NCBI GenBank assembly: GCA_041390745.1
Contig: JAWKPJ010000001.1
Location: forward strand, 515,387-579,386
Reading direction: 5' to 3'
Length of the DNA stretch: 64,000 bases
Source: Thermomicrobiales bacterium
GTDB lineage: Bacteria; Chloroflexota; Chloroflexia; Thermomicrobiales; UBA6265
Shown: positions 57,361-64,000 of the stretch, piece after piece
Numbering within the stretch: the stretch's first letter is position 1
Layout: each line of letters starts with the position of its first letter
The notes under the pieces: model-generated
Told to the model about the DNA's origin: nothing
Seen by the model: the letters and a program-made list of their open reading frames with translations, nothing else
The model's database searches: none
Program-made: the position numbers and the translations under genes

Positions 57361-57610
57361 CAGGCAAAACGTGCTTCTGCTCAGCCCTGTCACGTTTCTT
57401 GCCTGGCCGCGTTGCCTGCTGGTCGCGTTCGACTGCCAACATCCGCGCTGCCAGTCCGGTTCCCGCCGCCTGACCCGATGATCTCACCCGGAACAATGGC
57501 TGCGACGTGCTCCGGCAGGAACGTTCCCCAATCGCTGCAGTGGCCTGGCTTGCCCGCCATCGAGTTCGGGGTCCAGTCGCAACGACGGCGGCAGGCGCCA
57601 TTCGCGTCGC

Positions 57611-57636
57611 GTTCCGAGCGGAGTCGAGGGATCTCG
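57611..57636. repeat. REP-like element, family 2 (single arm)
   Basis: GTTCCGAGCGGAGTCGAGGGATCTCG shares CCGAGC...GTCGA.GG.TCTCG with 43518-43547, and GAGCGGAGTCGAG with 10616-10628. Confidence 0.5.
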
Positions 57637-57721
57637 TTGCAGCCCGTTCTATGAGTCCGGCGAGTTCCTTTGCTTTCACGCCGAAACTCGTCGTCGATGC
57701 GGCGCTCCGGGAACCTTGCCG

Positions 57722-58003
57722 TCACCCGAACGTGTTTCGTGGTTGACGACCGCCCAGCGCTCGTTCGCCGGCGACGGACCACCCACGCGGCGCGTCATCA
57801 GACTTCCCCTGCACCCACTTTCCGCTCGCGTTCTTGTGGTACTTCTCCTTCACGGCGCCCCAGGCTACCCGGTGCGCCCGCTCCTCTTCGTGCCCGTATT
57901 CATCCCAGGCGCTGTTGAACGCCTCCTTGTAGATGTCCTGCGCGTGCGCAGGCAGATTGTCCTTCACGCTGTCTGGCAGGTCGCTTCGAGTCGCGTAAGG
58001 CAT
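57722..58003 (-). CDS. chaB: ChaB-family protein
   Basis: MPYATRSDLPDSVKDNLPAHAQDIYKEAFNSAWDEY...AHRVAWGAVKEKY closely parallels enterobacterial ChaB. The last 25 aa or so may be read-through. Confidence 0.8.
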   Translation of the reverse strand: MPYATRSDLPDSVKDNLPAHAQDIYKEAFNSAWDEYGHEEERAHRVAWGAVKEKYHKNASGKWVQGKSDDAPRGWSVAGERALGGRQPRNTFG

Positions 58004-58445
58004 GAGCGCGCTCCTTTCACCCGTCTACACTGCATGTGCCATGCCGGAAAGACGAAGTGCGGGAAGCAGCGCAGTCTTGCAAACGAGCGACTGGCAACCT
58101 GCCTGCATAGCCGCCTGGTGGGTCCGTCATCGCGCTGAGAACGCTGGCAGCCATCGCCGGTCGCCATAGGCTTCGTCGGCAGGGAATGCCCCTGGGCCGG
58201 CGTGCGGGACGCCACGGCCAGCAACCCGCTGATGCACTCCGAAGACGTCACTATCCTCTGCCGGGCCGCCGCACAGACCACATCCGGGGAACAGCAGTAG
58301 TCTGGTCCTGTTGCGACCGATCGGCACGCGGCCCGAAGGTGGCGTTGGCCTCAGCGAGAAGTCGTGTTCTGGGCGAAGTCGCGCGATTTCGTCTGATCAC
58401 GCGCTTGAGCGAGGATTTGCACGCCGGAAGCGAGGAACAGCGCCG

Positions 58446-59120
58446 TCAAACTCGCCGTCGCTCCTGCACAGCGTACGTCAGGTGCGTCACCCTTCCCGTC
58501 GGCTCCGCGCGCACTGGCTCCAATGCCACGCGGTCCGCATCCACGCCCTCAAACAGGCGGACACCGGAGCCAAGCAGCACCGGCGCGAGCGCAATTGTGA
58601 ACTCATCGACGAGTCCGGCGTTCACATATTCCAGGATCGTCGCGCCGCCACCTGCAATACGCACGTCCCGGTCACCAGCGGCTGCCCGGGCCTGGTCCAG
58701 CGCGTGCTCGATGCCCTCGTTGACAAAATGAAAGATCGTTCCCCCCGGCCGCACCCAGGGATCACGCTGATCGTGCGTCACAACGAACACCGGGGTATGG
58801 AACGGCGCATTCTCCGGCCAGGCCAGTTCGCCACCATCGAACATGCGCCGGCCCATGACACTCGCGCCGGTGCGCTCGAAGGTTGCCTGAGCGATGTCGT
58901 TGTCGCGCCCCTCCTCGCCGCCCTCGCCAAGGTTGAGGTTCTCCCGGAAGAAGCGAAGCGGGAAGGCCCAGGCCTGCAACTCCGACCATTGCGCCATCCA
59001 GCGCCGCACATCTGGATCGTCCCGCCTGGCAGGCGAAAATACGTCTGCGACGGGCACAGCATCGGGCGCCATATACCCGTCGAGAGACATGGTCACGCTG
59101 AAAAACACCTCCCCGGCCAT
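58446..59120 (-). CDS. Dihydrofolate-reductase-like (RibD C-terminal domain) family protein
   Basis: FSVTMSLDGYMA...MGRRMF...VFVVTH...IAGGGATILEYVNAGLVDEFTIALAPVLLGSGVRLF is typical of the family. Confidence 0.75.
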   Translation of the reverse strand: MAGEVFFSVTMSLDGYMAPDAVPVADVFSPARRDDPDVRRWMAQWSELQAWAFPLRFFRENLNLGEGGEEGRDNDIAQATFERTGASVMGRRMFDGGELAWPENAPFHTPVFVVTHDQRDPWVRPGGTIFHFVNEGIEHALDQARAAAGDRDVRIAGGGATILEYVNAGLVDEFTIALAPVLLGSGVRLFEGVDADRVALEPVRAEPTGRVTHLTYAVQERRRV

Positions 59121-59626
59121 TAACGCCCGCTCCCCTGCCGCAGCATCTCGGCAGCGTAGGTTGCCAGGTTGTTCAGGGTCTGCTGGCCACCCTCGATCGC
59201 GTGGTACCTCTCCACCGCCGCATCACGCTGGTCCCGGGTCGGAAACACGGTGCGCATCTCGATCTGCGTTGCTGCGCCAATGGAAGCAAAGGTGAGGACC
59301 GACGCGAAGGCGTTGGGATCGTCGCGGAACTCCCCGTGACACAGCGCAATCCGCTCCGGCGGCACGATCTCGGTCCAGGTAATCCACTCCTGGTAGTCTG
59401 TTCCGTCCGGCCCGTGCATCACGAAGTCCCACACCCCGCCAGTTCGGAACACAAAGGACCGCGTGGTGGTGGTAAACCCGTCCGGCCCCCACCACCGCGA
59501 CAGATGCCGCACGTCGGTGAACGCCGCAAACACCAACTCCCGCGGAGCTTCGATGACGCGAGAGATGACGATCTCGCGGTCTGCCGTTGCGGACCGGGCT
59601 GGCGCTGGCTGTCCTGTTGCATTCAT
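59120..59626 (-). CDS. SRPBCC-fold protein (Aha1/AHSA1-like)
   Basis: REIVISRVIEAPRELVFAAFTDVRHLSRWWGPDGF is typical. Its stop overlaps the downstream start (TAATG). Confidence 0.75.
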   Translation of the reverse strand: MNATGQPAPARSATADREIVISRVIEAPRELVFAAFTDVRHLSRWWGPDGFTTTTRSFVFRTGGVWDFVMHGPDGTDYQEWITWTEIVPPERIALCHGEFRDDPNAFASVLTFASIGAATQIEMRTVFPTRDQRDAAVERYHAIEGGQQTLNNLATYAAEMLRQGSGR

Positions 59627-59629
59627 CAG

Positions 59630-59971
59630 CTACTCCTCTTCCGTTGCCTGCTTGAGGTCCTGCACGTAGGCATCCAGCCGGTCGAAGCTCCCGTTCCAGA
59701 AGTGCGTGAAACCGCCGGTCCACTCGTGAACCGAACGCAGCCCACGGGCATCCAGGCGATACAGGCGCTGCTTGCCTGACTGGCGCAGCCGCACCAGTCC
59801 GACCTCTCGCAGTACCCGCAGATGTTTGGACGCCCCTGGCTGGGACATCCCCAGCGCCCGGGCCACGTCGGTCACCGGGCGCTCACCCGCCCGCAACAAC
59901 ACCAGAATCTCCCGGCGCTGCGGCTCAGCTATCGCGTTGAAGACATCTGACGTTGTCGCTGCTCGTGCCAT
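59630..59971 (-). CDS. ArsR/SmtB-family transcriptional regulator
   Basis: FNAIAEPQRREILVLLRAGERPVTDVARALGMSQPGASKHLRVLREVGLV is the winged HTH. The start was taken as ATG 59971 (MARAAT) because of the promoter geometry. ATG 59983 is an alternative. Confidence 0.85.
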   Translation of the reverse strand: MARAATTSDVFNAIAEPQRREILVLLRAGERPVTDVARALGMSQPGASKHLRVLREVGLVRLRQSGKQRLYRLDARGLRSVHEWTGGFTHFWNGSFDRLDAYVQDLKQATEEE

Positions 59972-59978
59972 GTCCTCA

Positions 59979-60006
59979 ATCATATTCTGATACAGGCATA
60001 TGTCAA
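59979..60006 (-). promoter_or_regulatory. Candidate sigma70-type promoter giving a leaderless arsR-family transcript
   Basis: On the minus strand, TTGACA (60006-60001) is followed by a 16-nt spacer and TATGAT (59984-59979). Seven nt later comes ATG 59971. Confidence 0.4.
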
Positions 60007-60303
60007 GCCTTCGGGGCTTGCTGTACGCCCTGGGGCGCTGCTTCCCAACCATTTCCTGCCCGACGCGGCCAGACCTACCTCCAGCACCCACACCCCGGTT
60101 GCCACCATGCCATCCCGTACGGCACGCCCAGTCGTTTCCAGTCTGCCCGTCGCCGGTGCGACGGTCTCGTCTCGCCCGCCTCTGACACAGCAGCGTTGAC
60201 AGCGAAACCTGAACCTGCATACTGCAACCGAAACCTCAAGAGGTGCAAAAGTAGAAACGTGCGCCCTCTGCCTCCTCAAAGGGGTGCGCGACCGGAGTAT
60301 TGA

Positions 60304-61038
60304 ATGCAGGGCTCTCAGTTCGACGATGTCGTTAAATCTTTCGCACAGTCGTTTTCTCGGCGTCTTCTTCTCGGGGGTGTCGCCCTGGCGCCGGGCAGCG
60401 CCCTGGTCGAGATTGCGGCTGCCCAGGAGACCAGGCAGCGACCCGCAGAGCAACCTGCGCCTGTCGCCGGCGAGCAGGCATGCAGAACATCCGGGGCAGC
60501 GTGCGCGAGCACCTCAGATTGTTGCGACGGTTTTTGCCATGCCTACGGCGGAAAGTGCGTCAAGAAAAAGGGGAATAAGGGCCGCAAGCGGCGGGTGCTG
60601 ACCGGCAACTGTCGATGCGACAGCGCGCCAGGCGAAGCCGGCATCAGCAATGCGGTGCTTGGGGCGGTCCTGCCCGTCGCCGCGCCCGGGTATCGCCTGC
60701 AAATGACCGAGTTGGTCTGGGAGCCCCGCGCCTATTCGACCAGTCACAGCCATCCCCTGGCGCAAGTCGCCTGCGTCCTGGAAGGCAAGCTCGGCATGAC
60801 CCTGCAGGAAGGCGCCGCCACGCTGACACGCGGCGGCACGGGGGCAACGCCGGACAGCGCCGAACCCGTGGCCTTGAATCAGGAAATTGTGCTCGGGCCG
60901 CGGGACTGCGTCTTTTACGACGAGTACGCGACCCACACCGTACACACTGCCTGGAACGCCAGCAAGGGCACGACGCGCATGTGGATGGCCGATTTGGTCA
61001 AGATTGGCGAGCCCTACATCACCTATGTTCCCGAATAG
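60304..61038 (+). CDS. Tat-signal secreted protein: Cys-rich knot plus polybasic linker plus cupin domain
   Basis: The signal is FSRRLLLGGVALAPGSALVEIAAAQ. It is followed by ACRTSGAACASTSDCCDGFCHAYGGKCVKKKGNKGRKRRVLTGNCRC. The C-terminal cupin-like domain has SHSHP...VLEG. Confidence 0.55.
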   Translation: MQGSQFDDVVKSFAQSFSRRLLLGGVALAPGSALVEIAAAQETRQRPAEQPAPVAGEQACRTSGAACASTSDCCDGFCHAYGGKCVKKKGNKGRKRRVLTGNCRCDSAPGEAGISNAVLGAVLPVAAPGYRLQMTELVWEPRAYSTSHSHPLAQVACVLEGKLGMTLQEGAATLTRGGTGATPDSAEPVALNQEIVLGPRDCVFYDEYATHTVHTAWNASKGTTRMWMADLVKIGEPYITYVPE

Positions 61039-61068
61039 GGCTTGCCCATTCTCTTGACGCCTGCCGCG

Positions 61069-61692
61069 TCAGGCGCTTGTGGGTCTCCACGGCTCGCGCT
61101 CGTGCGCGAGCCAGACCAACTCGGGGTCGAACCCAAGCACTCGCAGCCGGCCCTCGGTAGGCGGCTCATCGAACTCGCCGTGCCACACCGCCACGTCGCC
61201 GCCGACGATAACCGGTCGCGCCCCGGTCTCCACAACAACGACCTGCATGCCGTTCGAGTGACCCGGCGCAGGAACCAGCCGCAACCCGGGCAGCAGCTCG
61301 ACTTCGCCGTCGACCGGCACGTAGCGCACGCCGGGCGCATCCACCCACTCGCGGATGGTGTAGTTTTCCTCGCGGCGCGCATCGTCCAGTTCCCGCTGCT
61401 GGACGTAAATTGGCCTGCCGGCGAACAGGTGATTTCCCCCACAATGGTCGGCATGCAGGTGGGTATTGACGACGATATCGACGCTGGCGAGATCGACATC
61501 CTGTCCGTTGAGCGGCCAGAGGCGAGGTTCCATGTCGGCCAATGCCGGGTGAAGCTCCGTCATGCCGGTATCGACCAGCACCCGCGCCCTGGGATGGTCA
61601 ATGAGGTGAACGTAGACCGGCATCGTCTCACCCTCGACATGCAGGTCGGCCACGTGGATCGGCGTGATGGTGACCGTGGCGGGGGTACTCAT
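61069..61692 (-). CDS. MBL-fold metallo-hydrolase (lactonase-like)
   Basis: The motifs are VLVDTG, the metal motif THLHADHCGG, APGHSNG and VGGDVAV. Only the last 207 codons of the 875-aa ORF-track entry are credible. Confidence 0.8.
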   Translation of the reverse strand: MSTPATVTITPIHVADLHVEGETMPVYVHLIDHPRARVLVDTGMTELHPALADMEPRLWPLNGQDVDLASVDIVVNTHLHADHCGGNHLFAGRPIYVQQRELDDARREENYTIREWVDAPGVRYVPVDGEVELLPGLRLVPAPGHSNGMQVVVVETGARPVIVGGDVAVWHGEFDEPPTEGRLRVLGFDPELVWLAHEREPWRPTSA

Positions 61693-61893
61693 GCCGGTCG
61701 GGCCGTGGCGACGGGGAGTTCTGAGTAAAGCACGATCAACCTCCTTGCCCATTCTCCGGCGGGCAGACTGCGGACCGCACGGTGACGCCCGCAGGCGACG
61801 CGACTCATCGACTTGTCGAATCTGCGGGATCCATTTCGACATGGCGTCGCCAGTACGCCAGGCCCATGACCCCACACAGTACACTGGGCGCAA

Positions 61894-64000
61894 ATGACGC
61901 AGCCGTCCACCCTTCCCCTCTCCACCGAAGACTTCCTCTATGGCCGGGACCCCACACCCGGCATCGTGGCCGTCGAACCAGCGGGGGCGCAAGGCGTGCG
62001 CATCTTCCGGCGCGATGGTGCGGAGACCGTGGCTGAGGAGGCCCTGTTCCGTCCCTGGCTCCTCTCGGAACGGGCCAATGTGTGGCGCGATACCCGGATC
62101 ACCGAACTGGCTGGCGAGCATGCCTTCCGCTTTCTCGTCGAGTTTGCGGACTGGCGCCGCTTCCAGGATGCCGTTCGCAACGCGCAGGACGCCGGCGAGC
62201 GCTTTTTCCGTCTGCGCTCCCCTATCGAGCAGTACCTCGTCGAGAGTGGACAAACGCTCTTCAAGGGGATGACCTTCACGGACCTGCGCCGCCTGCAGAT
62301 CGATATCGAAACGCTCGGTTTCAACGCGCACGATCCCGAAGGCAAGGTCATCGTGGTCGCCCTGCGCCTGGGCACTGAGGTCGAGGAGCTTCTCGTTCTG
62401 GAGCGTGACGAAGGAGAACTCCTGGAGCGGGTGACCGCTCGCATTCAGGAGCTTGACCCGGACGTTATCGAAGGGCACAACCTCTTCAACTTCGACTTGC
62501 CCTTCATGGTTGCCCGCGCGGATCGCCACGGCGTCCCGCTCGCCTGGGGCCGTGATGGCTCCGAGGTGCGCCTGGGCTCCGGGCAGGCGCGCTTCAAGGC
62601 TGGCCCGCTCACCATGCCCTACACGCCCGCCTACGTGGTGGGTCGCCACGTTATCGACACCTACCAGCAGATCCAGCGCTACGATATCGGCGGCCGGCTG
62701 ACTTCCTACGGCCTCAAGCCGGCGGTCGAGCAGCTCGGCCTCACCCGCGCCGGCCGCGAGTTCGTCCCCGGGGAGCAGATCAGCCAGGTCTGGCGGCACG
62801 ACCGTGACCGCCTGCTGCGCTACGCGCTGGATGACGTGCGCGATGTGGCTGTGCTTTCGGACCTCGCCACGCCGACCGAGTTCTACCAGTCGCAGCTCCT
62901 GCCCCGCACGTTCCAGGCCGTGGCCACGGGCGGCCCCGGCGAGAAACTGAACGACCTGATGCTGCGCGCCTACCTGATGAGCCGCCACAGCGTACCGGTA
63001 GCCCAGGCCTCGCGCGAGTACGCGGGAGGCCACGCCGAACTCCTGGCAAGCGGGCCTTTCTGGCCAGTCGTGAAGTGCGACGTGGAGAGCCTGTACCCCT
63101 CCATCATGCTCTCGGAGGGGATCACCTCCAGCCGGGACACCCTGGGCGCATACCTGCCGATGCTGGCCGACCTCACCAGCCGCCGCCTTGACGCCAAACG
63201 TCAGAGCCGCAGCGCGCCATCCCCCGAAGAGCGGGCCATGTGGGAGGGCATTCAGGGTTCTTTCAAGGTGCTCATCAACTCCTTCTACGGGTACCTGGGC
63301 TACGGTGGCGGCCTTTTCAACGACTACGATGCCGCCGAAAAGGTAACGCTCTCGGGGCAGCGCATCGTCAAGCAGATCGTGGCAAACCTGCGCGAACAGG
63401 GCGCCACGCCCATCGAGGTCGATACCGACGGCGTCTACTTTGTGCCGCCGGCCGGGATCGACAGCCCGGACACTGAGCAGACCTTTATCGACGCGGTCGC
63501 CGCCGAACTGCCCGAGGGCATCCGGCTCAGTCACGATGGCCGCTACGAGGGCATGCTTTCGCTCAAGCTGAAGACGTATGCGCTCCTTGCCCACGATGGC
63601 ACGATGACGCTGAAAGGGAGCGCCCTGCGCAGCCGGCGTATGGAGCCCTGCCTGCGCGACTTTCTCACCGATGCCGCTCGGCTTTTCCTGCAGCATGACC
63701 GCGACGCCGTGCGTGAGCGCTACTTCACTCTCGCCGAGCGCCTACGCGAGCGTGAGGTGACGGCCGGTGAAATTGTGCAACGCGGCATGATCAACGATGA
63801 GACCCTGGCCAGGTTCCCGCGCCTGCGCAAGGTTATCAACCGCCTGCCACAGCAAGCGATGCAGCGCTCGGGCAGCCGCCTGGAGTTCTACGAACGGCAG
63901 GATGGCGAACTGGGGCACATTGATGAGTGGGACCACGACGAAAACACGACCTACCTCCTGAAACGCCTGCGCGATGTTTCCGAGCGCTTCCGCCCCCTCT
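61894..64000 (+). CDS. polB: Family B DNA polymerase (Pol II-like), 3' end beyond window
   Basis: This gene is not in the ORF track because it has no stop in the window. My reading of frame 1 from ATG 61894 (first start after in-frame TGA 61867) is open to 64000. It contains Exo I QIDIETLG, Exo II GHNLFNFDLPFM, Exo III YALDDVRD, Pol A DVESLYPSIM, Pol B KVLINSFYGYLG and Pol C EVDTDGVYF, followed by LKLKTYA. Confidence 0.9.
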   Translation, partial: MTQPSTLPLSTEDFLYGRDPTPGIVAVEPAGAQGVRIFRRDGAETVAEEALFRPWLLSERANVWRDTRITELAGEHAFRFLVEFADWRRFQDAVRNAQDAGERFFRLRSPIEQYLVESGQTLFKGMTFTDLRRLQIDIETLGFNAHDPEGKVIVVALRLGTEVEELLVLERDEGELLERVTARIQELDPDVIEGHNLFNFDLPFMVARADRHGVPLAWGRDGSEVRLGSGQARFKAGPLTMPYTPAYVVGRHVIDTYQQIQRYDIGGRLTSYGLKPAVEQLGLTRAGREFVPGEQISQVWRHDRDRLLRYALDDVRDVAVLSDLATPTEFYQSQLLPRTFQAVATGGPGEKLNDLMLRAYLMSRHSVPVAQASREYAGGHAELLASGPFWPVVKCDVESLYPSIMLSEGITSSRDTLGAYLPMLADLTSRRLDAKRQSRSAPSPEERAMWEGIQGSFKVLINSFYGYLGYGGGLFNDYDAAEKVTLSGQRIVKQIVANLREQGATPIEVDTDGVYFVPPAGIDSPDTEQTFIDAVAAELPEGIRLSHDGRYEGMLSLKLKTYALLAHDGTMTLKGSALRSRRMEPCLRDFLTDAARLFLQHDRDAVRERYFTLAERLREREVTAGEIVQRGMINDETLARFPRLRKVINRLPQQAMQRSGSRLEFYERQDGELGHIDEWDHDENTTYLLKRLRDVSERFRPL

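Noticed and set aside
61693-63696. The upstream 668 codons of the 875-aa minus-strand ORF (61069-63696).
   Set aside because: The translation is Arg/Gly/Ala-rich with no motifs, and it lies exactly antisense to a plus-strand frame containing all PolB motifs. Only the C-terminal 207 codons (the MBL hydrolase from ATG 61692) are credible.

Overview
This is a GC-rich bacterial chromosomal segment, roughly two-thirds G+C by eye, with third codon positions almost all G/C. The gene content, the Tat-type signals on all four solute-binding proteins and the palindromic repeat families suggest a Chloroflexota/Thermomicrobia-like organism. That assignment is inference only.

The core content is:
- the 3' end of ispH
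- a liv-type branched-chain amino-acid ABC operon
- nadE
- a complete F1Fo ATP synthase operon (atpZ/I-B-E-F-H-A-G-D-C)
- an amidase and murA-ycaQ
- a ribose-type sugar ABC operon
- a Dpp/Opp-type ABC operon attached to an enolase-superfamily gene
- lon
- an arsR-SRPBCC-DHFR-like operon
- a family-B DNA polymerase that runs off the 3' end. It is absent from the supplied ORF track, which shows only its antisense shadow.

I found no rRNA, tRNA, CRISPR array, transposase or integrase.

The points most worth a second look are:
1. Four Tat-signal proteins share a polybasic and/or Cys-rich mature N-terminus fused to unrelated C-terminal domains: an ALK-like glycine-rich domain, a STIG1-like mini-protein, an unknown beta-rich domain and a cupin.
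2. A GLIC/ELIC-like pentameric ligand-gated ion channel homologue carries an extra N-terminal three-helix membrane segment and appears translationally coupled to an FAD-dependent amine-oxidase-family gene.
3. A 2-kb patch (8.5-10.7 kb) holds two adjacent genes with at least nine frame changes plus a gene fragment. Single frame changes also occur in livJ, an MFS gene, a small Cys-rich gene and possibly the amidase, while about 17 kb of housekeeping genes are intact.
4. Several dispersed REP/MITE-like palindromic repeat families are present, including a 0.5-kb repeat nest at 43.4-43.9 kb.
5. The ATP synthase a subunit has an acidic insertion of about 55 aa and a His/acid-rich tail.

All homology statements come from reading the translations and recalling family motifs. 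No database search was run.
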